Origin: Asterias rubens | Lineage: Eukaryota | Direction: 5' to 3' | Assembly: GCF_902459465.1 (NCBI RefSeq) | Contig: NC_047083.1 | Span: 434,001 to 498,000, forward strand | Length of the DNA stretch: 64,000 nt | Shown here: positions 49,907 to 62,472 of the stretch, piece after piece | How positions within the stretch are numbered: the stretch's first letter is position 1 | Layout of the letters: every line of letters begins with the position of its first letter | The notes under the pieces: model-generated | What the model was told of the DNA's origin: nothing | The model's database searches: none | Seen by the model: the letters and a program-made list of their open reading frames with translations, nothing else | Made by a program: the position numbers and the translations under genes

Positions 49907-50291
49907 TTAAAGGAAGTGGAAACTTTTTGTAATTACTCAAAATAATTATTAGCATAAAACCCTACTTGGTTACGAGTAATGGGGAGGTTGATAGTATAAA
50001 ATATTGTGAGAAACGGCTCCCTCTGAAGTAACGTAGTTTTCGAGAAAGGTGTAAATATCCACGAATTTGATTTCGAGACCTCAGATTTAGACTTTGAGGT
50101 CTCGAAATCAAGCATCTGAAACCATACAACTTCGTGTGACAATGGTGTTTTTTCTTTCAATGTTATCTCGCAACTTCGACGACCAATTGAGCTCAATATT
50201 TTTACAGTTTTGTTATTTTATGCATATGTTGAGATACACAACGTGAGAAGGTTGCTCTTGGACAATAACCAATATTGTCCAATGTCTTTAA
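49907..50291 (+). mobile_element. K1 MITE, full length
   Basis: TTAAAGGAAGTGGA...TGTCCAATGTCTTTAA, with the central 15-bp hairpin intact. Confidence 0.88.
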
Positions 50292-50904
50292 AGGTTCATC
50301 AACCGACGTGTTGTCGGTGATGTTATTGTCCCAATATTGTCCCATTATGTATCACCATAGTAACCAGCGAATTCGTGTATTATATGTTAATGGGTTATTA
50401 AGGGTTCCTTTGTTAATGGAGGGCTTGTATGTCTCACTAGCAAGAAGGTGTAACTGCTTCTTTGTCTTTGATAAGACTACGTCTTCTTAACGCGTGGCTG
50501 CCTTTTAGGGTTCTTCGTTCTGAATATTCACGGGGAAGATTTTTCAGTATGATTTGAGCATACAGCTTTTACGCCATCATGTCTGTTAATGTTTGATTTC
50601 TTACACACTATAGCTTATTAAATGGACAGACTTTTTTGCATTTATACGTTAGTATTGTTTTGGTTAAAAAGCAGTTTGCAGCAGTTTCGCCATCGTCTAC
50701 GCATAAATTAGTCATGCCATTTAGAGCTTCTTGATTGGTCAGTCCTATCATCAGATTATTATTCGCTGAACAGTTTGAGGCTTTTTCTGCTTGATATCCC
50801 ATGCATATAGAACATGTCTCACTGCTTGTCACTCCGATCAATCTATAGTTGATTTGAAATTAAAGTGTTGAGTCTTGCTATGGCTGATATCCGCCATCTT
50901 GAAT

Positions 50905-51640
50905 CCAAAGCCCACTGGGGCACTGTGTGGATTGGGTTTCATTCCCTACCATACTGCATGGGTTTTTCCTGGGCTAATTCTACGGGGTCTCCTCTGACAT
51001 CTAAAACTGAAACTTCCTTGTTTTCTCTCCATTGAATTATAGTATAGTAATTAAATTCGCTTTTCTGAGAGTCCTTGCCTTCACAACCAGAATAAATGAA
51101 CTGATAAAAAACATTAAACGCCCCAATAATATATAGTCGTTTGTTATTCGTTCACTGACAGATTCTGGACCCTTTATAGACTTTGTTAAGACGTTAATGG
51201 TGTGGAAGTGAAGATGGCGACTGGATTAAAGACTAGACCTATCCTAATGAAAGGTCCAAGTGCAAGGGTCATACCACCAAGATTGACCACTAAGAGCTCG
51301 ACTGACTTATTGCCATTGGAGATGAGATTGGGCACCAGTAAGGATGCGGTAAGATATTCAAACAATAGTCATCATTTCGATTTATTTCTATTTTTAATTA
51401 TTTGATGTTTATTTATTTTATTACACGGTCATCCAACAGCACAACTAGCGAAAATAACAGGATGGATAGAAAAACAAAATGAAATAATCAGTATTCGCAG
51501 TATTAGATGTAGGGAAATCCAAAATGGGAAAACCCATGTCGGGACTGAATACCCAATCCACACGCAAAGCTCCGGTCTTAGAGGGGACTCAAACCGGGGC
51601 CAACAGAGGTGAAGTGAAAGGCAGCGCAACTGAGCCAATA
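50905..51640. mobile_element. Two SINE-like fragments in opposite orientation (about 50905-51045 +, about 51430-51640 -)
   Basis: Shared TGTGGATTGGGT..CATGGGTTTT..ACATCTAA.ACTG body. Confidence 0.55.
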
Positions 51641-52119
51641 TTGTGATGTGGATGTGTATACTCAAATAATGACAATTAATAAATAAGTAGTACTGGCTAT
51701 ATATTGATGCGGGGGAGGGGATTCTTGTCATACGAACCTATTGTGATTATTAATATTGCAATAATAATAACAATAAACTCTCAAGCCTTGAGTGACAAAC
51801 AAAGACTGACCTCCCTGGCACAAAACAGCAAACTCATCCGAGTACAAATTCAGAACCTGATGCACTATTGCAAAGAGACAAGGAGAAACACAATCCATGT
51901 AACAGTCCCGTGGAGATTTAAATTGTTTCCCAACCCGTAAGATTGTTATTGTTAGCAGCGCTGACATCATGTCCGTGTACTCGTGGCTGGGGGAGAATGC
52001 GCGAGAATTCATTGAGGGAAATCAAACAATGAGCCATGAGAAACATGTTTACGTCGTCGACAGAGTATACATTGAATTTGCAATAGTCAAATACATTGTA
52101 TTTACCTTCTAGTCTGTTT

Positions 52120-52475
52120 ACATTATGCAAAAGCTAGTCTGTGTACTTTATACAAATACAAGTCTGTATTTACATTATTCAAAACTAATCTGTAATTTAC
52201 ATTTATCTCCTCCGTGTGTGTTTACAATACCCAACTGCTCTGTATTTACAAAATTCAATAATGCTCACGTTTTAAAATTACATTATTCAAATACACCTTG
52301 TTTACATTATCAAAATGCCTGTGTAGTGTATGCAAAATGCTTTGTGTACTTGCATTATTCAAATGCACCGAACACTATTTAAAAGCTTTGCATTTAAATT
52401 ATTCAAATGCCCTTTAATTCCCATTATTCAAACGCAATGTATTAACAATATTCAAACGCACCTTATTTACATTAA
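52120..52475. repeat. Degenerate minisatellite with core TTTACATTATTCAAA
   Basis: Core recurs about 10 times at roughly 30-40 bp spacing. Confidence 0.75.
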
Positions 52476-54481
52476 TCAGTTGCTCTATGTGGCTAAATTC
52501 AAATGAACATTTATCATTCAAAAACTAATAGTTTTCTCAGTTTTGACATAAAGAAATGAGGTCTATAATGCAGCTTTTTAAATTGTATCTTATTATACAA
52601 TATCGTCGACAGGGCTACAAAATATCCTACGGTTGTTTCATGACACTACCCAACCATTACTTTAATGCAACAGGAATCTGCAACACATCCCCTACACACC
52701 AAACAGCCGTTTATGCATGACGTATGACTGTTCAATAACACTATTAGAGGACAATGTGGTTGCAAATTCACACAACCTGTCCATGAAAACGTAATTTCAA
52801 TATAAAGGCAGATGGTCGCACCTCAGAAGATGTTATAAATGAATATTAACGCCCCCCCCCCCCCTCCCCAACCACATACACTCACACGCAAACACCATTT
52901 TATGGATCCGTTTGTGGGTCCTGCTTTTGTTGTACTAGTATTCCCTTTTCTTAAGAATTCCCTTGCGGGGTCAAGGTTGAACTAATAAGACCCTTGTGGG
53001 GTCCAGTGTTCCATAAAATACCCCACTAGGGTTATTCGCACATTATGACCCGTCAAAGTGCGCGAGTTCCTTTCAGGAGTTAGAGCAACGTTTGCTAGAT
53101 AAGAGTAGCCCCAAATATTCGAAAACAGGTGGAGACTTGCCTGGTCTACAGACCCCTTGCATATAATAATGATGAGGAAAGCTCAAAATAGCGCCATGTG
53201 AGGTCAATGAAGAGCTTTCATTGGTTGAGAGTCGTGCGCAGCAAATTTCCATTGTTTGAAATCAAAGATGGCAGCCAATGCCGGGTTACTATACTTTGAT
53301 TCCGTTGAATAGTAAAACAAAACGACCTATAATATGTCTCATTACGTTTCTTAAAAACACATTTTGAAGAAAGCTAGTTGATAAAACGAACTGTGCAACA
53401 AATCATGTTGGTTAATAAAAGTACTATACTAATGTAGTGACTGATAGGCCAATTACTGCCCCCAGCTGTCCCTTTTTATTCTCCCAACAATCCCTTTCTC
53501 AATTTCATTTATCGTCTCGCAATACTAAGCGGCAGGGTCCTTCTGGTGCTATTAGTGTTTCACTTGCACTATACAGTGACGAAGAACACATCGCACTCTC
53601 TAAGTATTATAACAAGACAGCCAACCCCATAAGTGCAACGGCAAATTGACTCGACTAGAGTTGCTTGAAGTGATTCCATGCAGCCTGAACGGAAGACTAA
53701 TGGAGTCCAAAAGCCCCCCCCCCCCCGCCCTTGCGACAGTGTTTTCAATACATGTGACAAAAGTATACGTTTTCCGGGTCTACTGAATAACAAGCATCAC
53801 ATTTTGTACTTATTGCTTCATGCTCATGTTCATTGTCGGTATCTTATGAAGACCAAAGAAGAAACAGAAAAATAGAAAGCAAAAGGGCTCCATATGGGAA
53901 TTCTAAAGACTAGTGCTCCACAAGGACATTTCTGTACAACGTCTCTGGGAAACTGTAAAGTCGATGGTCATGACAAAGATTTAAACAAAGCTCCACAAAG
54001 ATGCATTTTTTGATCCAGTGCGTCAAAAGTTTGTTTTTTGACGCGAGGTGTCCGTAGCGAGTGTGAAACTACGATGTTTCCAATATTATTACAGACCCAT
54101 GTATGTACAAATTCAGATCCCATATCCTGGCAAGATGTCTATAAGAGCTAATCAAATAAAAAAATGGTCACGTGGACTTACTGCTCTCGGGGGCATTAAG
54201 GGCAGGGCTTGTTGATTTTATCTAATTGCCACTGAACGTGACTTTCCCGTCGTTTCACACCATTTTTCTTTTTTTTTTTTTTTTTTTACAAAATGGCTGC
54301 CCCCGCCCCGGGGATACCGAATCAATCAATAAAGTGGGAGTTGCAATGTTACGTCCAGCTGTGACAAGTTGAAATTTCATCTCCGTTAAGTGACTGTGAA
54401 AATTGTACACCTTTGGCTTTCCCTTTACAAAAGAGGGAAAAGTCTTAATTGACAGATATGTGCGCGGTATAAGTACATAAC

Positions 54482-54516
<35 letters not shown>

Positions 54517-54615
54517 TCTCGGCAAAAAAAGGGAAGTAATATGATTGAAGTTTTGAACGATAATTGGAGAGACAACGGGGGGGAGGGGGGGGGGGGTACA
54601 AAAACTTCGTAGGAC

Positions 54616-57600
54616 ATGATGAACTCACAATACATATCGGCACGCCCATGTGCGATCGGAGCAGAACTTATTGATTTATACTATTCGCATATTAACTTAA
54701 AGTCTTCGTACATTCAACTACGCAGACCAAACATGGGTTTTCTCAAAGTAAGCAGAAATATTATTGACAATTTGCTGCTAAGCAAATCCCAAGAGGACAC
54801 CAATCATGCACTGTACATGTGACATGGTGTGATGACTGGTAACCGTAGTCTGCGGAGTGTTGTTCTTTTTGTGTTTTAAGCAGATCCATGAAATTGGGCT
54901 CGTTAAATAAGATTTCTGCAGCTAGATCGATCCCAGGTGCTGGGACTAGATCGATCCCAGGTGCTGGGACTAGATCGATCCCAGGTGCTGGGACTCCCTA
55001 CTTTTAAACAAACGCTCTATTCCTCAATTCAAACATAAACGCAATTCAAATCATTAATTCCCATGTATAACTGAACGAAAAAACAAATAAATAATGTGTT
55101 TTTACAAAGTTTGCTTTGTGGAAAAATTCACCGGTTAGAGGCAAGTACCTCTTTATTATGTTTGAATTATTAATAGACATCTTTGTTGGTTCTTTATTTA
55201 TTATCAAACCATAGCAACCGGCCGCCATCTTGAAACAGAAGCAAGTTCAGAAGCTTGACATTCCCGCTCAAACAAGACGGAAATCGTCTGCCGATGTAGA
55301 TGAACAGAAGGGAGTCTTGAAACCAGACCAAACGAGTCAGACTACTGAGAGTCTATTGTACGTACAGTGTCAGGTTAGTACATGGATTAAAAGAGAATGA
55401 ATGTCGTAACACAATAGTTAAAGCTCAGTAGAGAACTAGCTCCATTTTACTTTTCTGTCTGTTCTAGTAAACAATTCTCACACTTTAACCAAAATGTTTC
55501 TACGTGAATATTTGCAGTTGAATGGAGAGCAAGCAATCGCATTGATTGATACGGGAAGTCTTCAGTCTACTATACCACGTGGAATCGCAGAAGTCTATGG
55601 GTAAAAGTTAAATTTGGCTATTTATTTATTTATTATGTTATCGTTATAATCCCAGGGCAATGTCTCGTTATTTATCTCTTATTTATTGATGTCTTGATTT
55701 ACACCAGAAAGAAGCAATAGCAAAAGCTATAAAAAAAAGATAAACAAGAAACACAACCATTCTGATTTCATGATAAGAGTTATTAGTCTTGGCACAGTGC
55801 AGAGAGATCGCCACCATTTACTGAATAACTCTGTGGTGCTACCGCGTGAGGCGTGACTGGGTATTTTCTAAAAATCATTCTTCATGAGCAGTAAAGATTG
55901 ACATTTCCCGTTCATTTTCATTTTATACACATGGAACCGGCAAATTAAAAGAAAGGGTGCAGGTTCTTTTTAGTTATTGATTTTTGTTCGTAAGTTCATA
56001 ATTCAGTTAGCGTGAATCTTCTGGCGAAGTATGCCGTGTCTTTGCATCATTTAACGGTACAGTTCTACTGTCCCAAATCGATTGCTAACACGGTCGACCT
56101 GAATTGTTCGCACCAATGACACAATCGTTTAGCTTCACTCCACTAAGTTTGTTGTACCGCGAAATGTTGATCATTTATTTTGTGACCTTTTTTACACAGC
56201 TAATAAAAAAATACACTCTGACGATATAATAGATCGAACTCTACTGGAAATAAAAAAGTTCTCATTTTACACACCGACGAATAACCCTTTTCCGTATGAT
56301 TACTGCTTTTTTTTTTAATAGAAGAAAATTACTTCACTGGAAATGTAAAAAAAAAAAAAAAAAAAAAAAAAAATAATGATTTTGTTTGTCTTTTTTTCTA
56401 TCAGATTAATCGGTTCAGGTGGCAAGGCGATTAATTGCCATGGCAACGGAACTAAACACAACATATGTCCCGAGATTGAGACGGATGAATATCGGATAGT
56501 AACTGAGCTTCGTCTTGGAAGGGCGCCCTCTGACTACTCACTGATCGTTGTGCCTGGTAAACTCAAAGTCTTTGTGTTTTGAATTAAATCAAATTGTTGT
56601 GTTTATTTGCCTGTTATGGAACAGTTTAACGAAAAGGGTACAAATTGTGTTTAAATTGTAACCTAAAGCTAACGGACAAGAAACAGTGACCAATGAATAA
56701 CCGTCCATGTTTACAATCAATCAGTTGAAAACAGTAATTATCATAATCAAAATGACTGCCGTGTTAAAAACATGGAAGGTATGTGTATGCACAGACTACG
56801 AACTAACTAAATCAAACACTGCACAAGCTTTTCTAATGACTAATTGCATCCGATAGTGCTCCTATGAACATCATGAGACTGGTGAACATGTTTTTCGTGT
56901 AAAGTTATAGAGTCTACCACTACTTTTTATTCGGGGGAGGGGGGGGGGCACTATTGATCCACTACTAGCCACCACACGCCTGCTGCACCATTGATATTCC
57001 AATAGTGGGGTTTGTGTGCAGTACCAAACGGATACAGATACAGATACTTGTTTTAGAGATCATCATACAGTTCTTGGTTTCTATCTTTTAGTTTCCAACG
57101 TAAATTGTATATAATTATGTTGTAAAGTCTTGTTTTTGTTTCTCCTTTATAGATACATCTAGTTTGGTTTTAACAATCGGAATGGATGTCTTACATCGGA
57201 ACAAGGTAAATAGGCACAGACACAATCCAAATAATTATATGTGGATATGTTTTCGGAGAACTTGGAAAAGTAAATACGTAATTTATCATCGGCACAAAGG
57301 GTGAAAACTAATTATAAACACAAACTATTGTGGATGATAGATTCAACTAATCTTACATAACCTTCCACCCTGGGGAAACTGACTGGATATAAGACAAAAA
57401 TCCTTGGGACAATGCTTATAAAACTAGTCCTCACACGAATTCATTACAATAACTTGCAATGCTATTATAGAGACAACGTTTCCTGATTCACCGTCAAAAA
57501 GTTATTCATTAGTGAAGCCATTGAATAGGAACGGCAGTATTTCCTTAATCAATCACAATGTCATTACCATTACTCGAGGCAATCGTTTTCTTCATACAAC

Positions 57601-58288
57601 ACTTATTATCTTGGGGGGGGGGGGGGGGGGGGTACTTTAATCTCGTTATTAATAAAATAATTGGAAATTCTTGATATCATTAACAACAATGCTATTTTCC
57701 TTCCAATTTCGGGGAAATTCTGCTTTGACAAATTGCAATTTCAGGAATAAAGATAAAACATATTGAGTCCCTTGCACATTATTTAAAGCTGTGTTTATAT
57801 TAGTGAGTCCTTTGCAATGTTGACTTATGCAAAGGCCAGGAAGTATGGCACAAGAGGGCGCTATTGGATTGTTATGGTCCGATGGTACCGTTGGGTAGCA
57901 GCTGAACACTGATCATGGAAATGTACAGCAGGTCGAGTTGGTACCAACATAGCTGCGATATAGGATTACAGCAGGTCGAGTTGGTACCAACATAGCTGCG
58001 ATATAGGATTTGAATAGTTTATCATGGTTACAAATTCTAACCCGACACCACTACTATGATGTCACAGTCATCGAAGGATCCAATCTTTAACAACCTTCAC
58101 CAAACTATTGCCAATATCCTACTTATTGATAAAAAGGCACTTACCTGTATTCCTTGCAGTGCGTTCTTGACTTTGAATCTCGAGTTTTGTACCTCAACGG
58201 CGTATCCGGTGACGTTAAGGAACTACTCCTCCATGAAGAGGTGTATGGTGATACCAGACTAGTCAGATCCCAGTCATCGACATTGTGA
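54616..58288 (+). CDS. NRIP3: DDI1-type retroviral-like aspartic protease, NRIP2/NRIP3-like; exons 54616-54747, 55215-55373, 55518-55600, 56405-56556, 57153-57205, 58160-58288 (235 aa)
   Basis: Spliced translation ...QPAAILKQK...SLLYVQCQ|LNGEQAIALIDTGSLQSTIPRGIAEVYG|LIG...LIVVP|DTSSLVLTIGMDVLHRNK|CVLDFESRVLYLNG...STL*. It has the DTG motif and the second-strand IGMDVL (LLGxD). Phases are 0,0,2,1,0, all GT-AG. Layout resembles recalled NRIP3 (QPHNILQ..ILVSCQ|..ALVDTG..LG|..|..LGLQTLRSLK|CIINL). Exon 1 is the least certain. Confidence 0.85.
54922..54993. repeat. 24-bp exact tandem repeat x3
   Basis: CTAGATCGATCCCAGGTGCTGGGA; each unit contains the TCCCAG/CTGGGA hairpin. Confidence 0.95.
57924..58010. 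repeat. 43-bp exact tandem duplication
   Basis: TACAGCAGGTCGAGTTGGTACCAACATAGCTGCGATATAGGAT x2. Confidence 0.95.
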
Positions 58289-59862
58289 ATCAACGGTATA
58301 TAGGAGTCTGGGTTTGTTTCAAATAAAAGTCTGGTCCCTCAGAGTGTCTGTTATTGCGTCTCATTGGCAATTGTTTAAAAACTATCCTGCTGAAATCACG
58401 CGAGGACGCCCTGTTTTTGTTGCGAGATGGTGGCATTTTTATGTATCGAGTCTCCGAAACTCCAGATATTAAAATGTTTGGTAAACAAAATAATAACTGT
58501 ATACGAGTGGACTCTTATTTAGAGATAATTGTATGTCAAGTTTACAATTATTTGATTTTTTTTTCTATGCACAGATGAACAAGTGTAAGGCATATCGCTG
58601 TAACTAAATTAGTGTACATTGTAGAATAAAGCATTGTTCAATTATTTTGAAAGCATCATCACGTGTACAATAATAATTGTTCTGACCCCACATGTACAGA
58701 AACTCCTGCTAATGACTTACTCATTATTCAAGTGAAAAGGCTGTATATAAGAGTGAAAACATGCTTTGAGGTTTCTAAGAATGTACATGGACATTAATCG
58801 AGTGAGATTGACAGAAATGATCGTTTGTCCTCATGGTGGCGCCCTTTCCATAATAATGTTTGTACAAAATGGCGTCTTTAAGCACCCTGGTCCTAGTCAA
58901 CTTTTATAAAGATGTTTACCTGTAAGCAAACTTGTGTGCTTGTTATAGCAGGAAGCGAAATGTTTAGCAAAAGTGGAGTAAAAACGATTAAGAAGATTTT
59001 ACAGGGCGTTGTGCGTTCACAAATAGTTGTCGCGTCACTCCTAGCAAAAACTACTAGCATGTTAGCGTCGTTTTATTTGCTTACCGGTTAGCAGTGTATG
59101 AAGTAGAAACTGTGTTAAGAGTTGCTCCGTAAGCACAAAACTTCTGCTTACTGGCTTTATGAAATAGCCACCTGGCCTCATTATGATCAAAAGTTTAATA
59201 TTTCAAAAGTATAACAATTACGTAACAATAGTGAGTTTCTACTCAGAGACATGTACTTTTAACCAATAGGATGGTAGAATTTGTTAAAGTGTAGAAGTCA
59301 ATATAGACAAGCCGAGGCTGGCAGGAATAGTCGGGCCTTTTTTTATTACAATAATGCGTTTTAGTATATTATCAGAGCGGATAAGACATGTCCACAAAGC
59401 AAGCCAAATCACTTGCCTTTATAAACTTATGAATGACTTGTTGTACCTTTAAGACATGGAAAGTTTGGTTTACACTATAAATTAGTCACTTTAATTTCAT
59501 TTACCGGTGTATGGCACATGTCTTTATAATTATTGTAGTTAACTAATGCAAAGTAGTCTTTTAAAGAGAAGTAAGACGAAGAAGAGGGGGACATGGCAAA
59601 AGCTTGACCAGTTTGAGGAGTACTGTTTTATTATTTTGTCTCCACATTTTGGTACTTATTTACATTATATTTTAATCGGTATACACTCTCTCGCCCAGAT
59701 AATAGTTGTTTCTACTAAGTGTGTATTCATACTTTTTTTCCAAGGCGAATTCGGCTAATTAAAATAAAAAACAATTTGGCTCAAATTGTGTTTACAAAAG
59801 CTCCCATGAATCGTATATTTGTTGCCATGGTGTTTCATTGTCCACCCTACCTGCCCTGTTTT

Positions 59863-60101
59863 TTAAAGGCAGTGGACACTATTGGTAATTACTCAAAATA
59901 ATTGTTAGCAAACAACTTACTTGATGACAAGCAATGGGGAGCTGTTGGTAGTACAAAACATTGTGAGAAACGGCTCCCTCTTTTGCAACTTCGATGACCA
60001 ATTGAGTCACAATTTGCACACAGATCAGTTATTTTATGCATAGGGATACACCAAGTGTTATTTGGTCTATGGCAATTACCAAATGTGTCAAGTGCCTTTA
60101 A
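59863..60101 (+). mobile_element. K1 MITE, internally deleted copy
   Basis: TTAAAGGCAGTGGACACTATTGGTAATT...GTGTCAAGTGCCTTTAA. Confidence 0.85.
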
Positions 60102-62043
60102 ATTTATGGCAAGTTTCCTTTTTTAAACGTTCCTATTATTGAAGACTTTTTGGAAGATGTTTCTTCGATGAACAAACTGAAAGCTGAGTGAACCAAAATA
60201 ATTGTCAGATGAATTCCAAATCGAATGTACATGCACGATGCGTGTTGTAAGTTTATGCAGTCTTGTGTTAATTATATTTACGTAATAAGCTATTATTTAC
60301 AAAATGCAGTCCAAAAAGAACTGTCTGTTTCCCTGAAATACGTTACGCTGTTCCATAAATCCCCTGTCCATGGTCATGGGAATTTTAAAAATCAATCTAC
60401 CTAAACAATTCTATCTACGACTGTTTGCCGAAACAAATTTATTCTACATGAAACAGTTAACGGATACAGACGAGGCGTGAGGCACGCGTACCCGTCACTT
60501 AGCCGGTAACCTGTTTTTGACTTTTGATACATTAACACAGTAGTGTATTGTGGCTTAGTAATAGCTAAATGCATCATGAAGCAGTTCACGTAGTAAATGC
60601 TTTCTTCTGATGAACTACGTTGGTATCCCAATATTGCAATTTGTTTTGAATACTGCAACTGGGCCATCGTATAAAACAAAGACATAAATACTCGATAAGA
60701 AAAGCTCGAAGGATGCATGTAACTATTCAAAATGTTTCCACAAACGTTTCCCAACTTAATCTTTCATGACATATCCATAATGGTTGGCCTATTTTTGACA
60801 ATAACCGGGTTAAATCGTAGCTAGTCTACCTCTACATACAGTCATACATCTAAATCGCTGAACTTGGCAAGCACAATAGCTGGTTGACTGAATACATTTT
60901 CGCCATCTACACGTTTTAAATACATCCGCAAGAAGTATGATCTACTCGGTATTTAAACATGTGCTCAAATAGGCGGAAAACAATCAAGAACATTTTAAAC
61001 ATTTTAAAATTAAACTGGCTTGCATTTTAACCCCAGATTTTGAATGTTCTGTTGACGAATTGCTCATCCGATAGAACGCTTTCTTAAAATATTTGCAGAT
61101 ACATAAACACAACCATAACAATTTCAACAATAAACTTAATTTGATCAAATAGTTAAAAATTCTCTTTAAAATGATATAAAGACATGTTTGACAACTGACA
61201 GTAATCTATGATCTCAAAAACAGATAAAAAATTATTGACACAAAACATAGTTAATCTTCACAGTGATAAGTTTCCAATTGGATAGAAGACAAGACAGCCC
61301 CATCATATGCAGCGTAAATTTGTTGTCTTGTTAACATTTTGAACACCCTAAAGTAGTATTCACAGTACAAAATGTCGATTATTATTTTGTGCCCTTTTAT
61401 TATGAGCGAAGATATGAGTGTAACCAATGGCCGCTGTCCAAAAATAAACTACTCAAGTAAAATGTAACTTATAGAGCATGGATAAGCGGGAAGAGCAAAC
61501 ACTTTTATTTTTTTAATAAACATTTAAAGCATTATTTTGACAAATATTTTGCACCTTTTTTATAATAATAGTTCTACTAAAGATGGTCTCAAAAAGTCTT
61601 TTATGGGGAGTGCCTGTAAACATTTTGTTTGGTTTTGACTGCGCATGTCTCACAGTAGCTTCTTAGATCCAAGGAGGCGAGATCGCTGCGTCAATATCTC
61701 TCGTCACGTGGGTATTGACTCATGAATATTCATATTTCTCCACTTCAATGATGTTCTTTAGGAAAGATCTGAGACCGACGGCACACAACCCTCAGAAACA
61801 CAACAATGTGCTACTGTCGATCCATTGACATAATCCTATTTGCGGTGGTAGAACTGTAAACAGATCTGTTTACAATCCGCGGTCAGCAATCCCACTTCTG
61901 CCACCAACAAATTACTGTGTTCTCCACTCGGATCAGAAGCTCTTATCGAATAAAATTGAGATTCGCGCCCTCTACGGTCGTAACTCTATACAAAATGGGT
62001 TCATATAAATATTGATGCTGCTCCTAGCCGTGCATACCGAGTT

Positions 62044-62472
62044 CTAGGAGTAACCGTTCATCATTCCTACAACAGTGCTGTGTTCCTTCGCTCGTAACCT
62101 CAGTGCAGCTATACTGTTCGTCCTTCGATCTCCACCCTCCTGCCCACAATGCATCACTCCACCACTCTCCCCGTACTGTCCGTTATATGTATTCACATTC
62201 TGTGCAGCTGCAGCGTGTGACATGAACTGCGCAGCGGCGGGGTTACCGGCGGTGACGGCTTGCGCCATGGCGTTGATTGGATTATTGGCTTGTTGTGTGA
62301 GTTGGTTGAGCTGGTTGAGTTGGTTCTGATTAGTAACGCCCATAAAACTGGGGAGATTGGACTGAGGTGCCATACATGAGTTGTGAGGAGGTTGTTGCAT
62401 CTGCATAGGGGCGGGGTTCATTGTTGAGGTCAGGGGTGAAGACATGTTGTGACCCCATGGCGAGGCCTGCAT
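62044..62472 (-). CDS. ALX1: Terminal exon of an Alx-family (Alx1/Alx4) paired-class homeobox gene with OAR domain
   Basis: C-terminal RRTNSIAALRLRAKEH is an OAR motif. A phase-0 acceptor TTTGTTTAG precedes MQASPWG, parallel to the IQN..W start of the vertebrate ALX last exon; SCMAPQ..LP.FMG segment. The homeodomain is outside the window, so Alx1 versus Alx4 is unresolved. Confidence 0.75.
   Translation of the reverse strand: MQASPWGHNMSSPLTSTMNPAPMQMQQPPHNSCMAPQSNLPSFMGVTNQNQLNQLNQLTQQANNPINAMAQAVTAGNPAAAQFMSHAAAAQNVNTYNGQYGESGGVMHCGQEGGDRRTNSIAALRLRAKEHSTVVGMMNGYS

Noticed and set aside
53268-53312. ATGGCAGCC start (MAANAGLLYFDSVE*) as the first exon of the retropepsin gene
   Set aside because: In-frame stop after 14 codons and no convincing donor. 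It may be promoter/5' UTR but is unsupported.
55518-55600. DTG motif as an LTR-retrotransposon pol remnant
   Set aside because: It is bounded by GT-AG sites and continues in frame through five other exons, with no RT/integrase or LTRs nearby.
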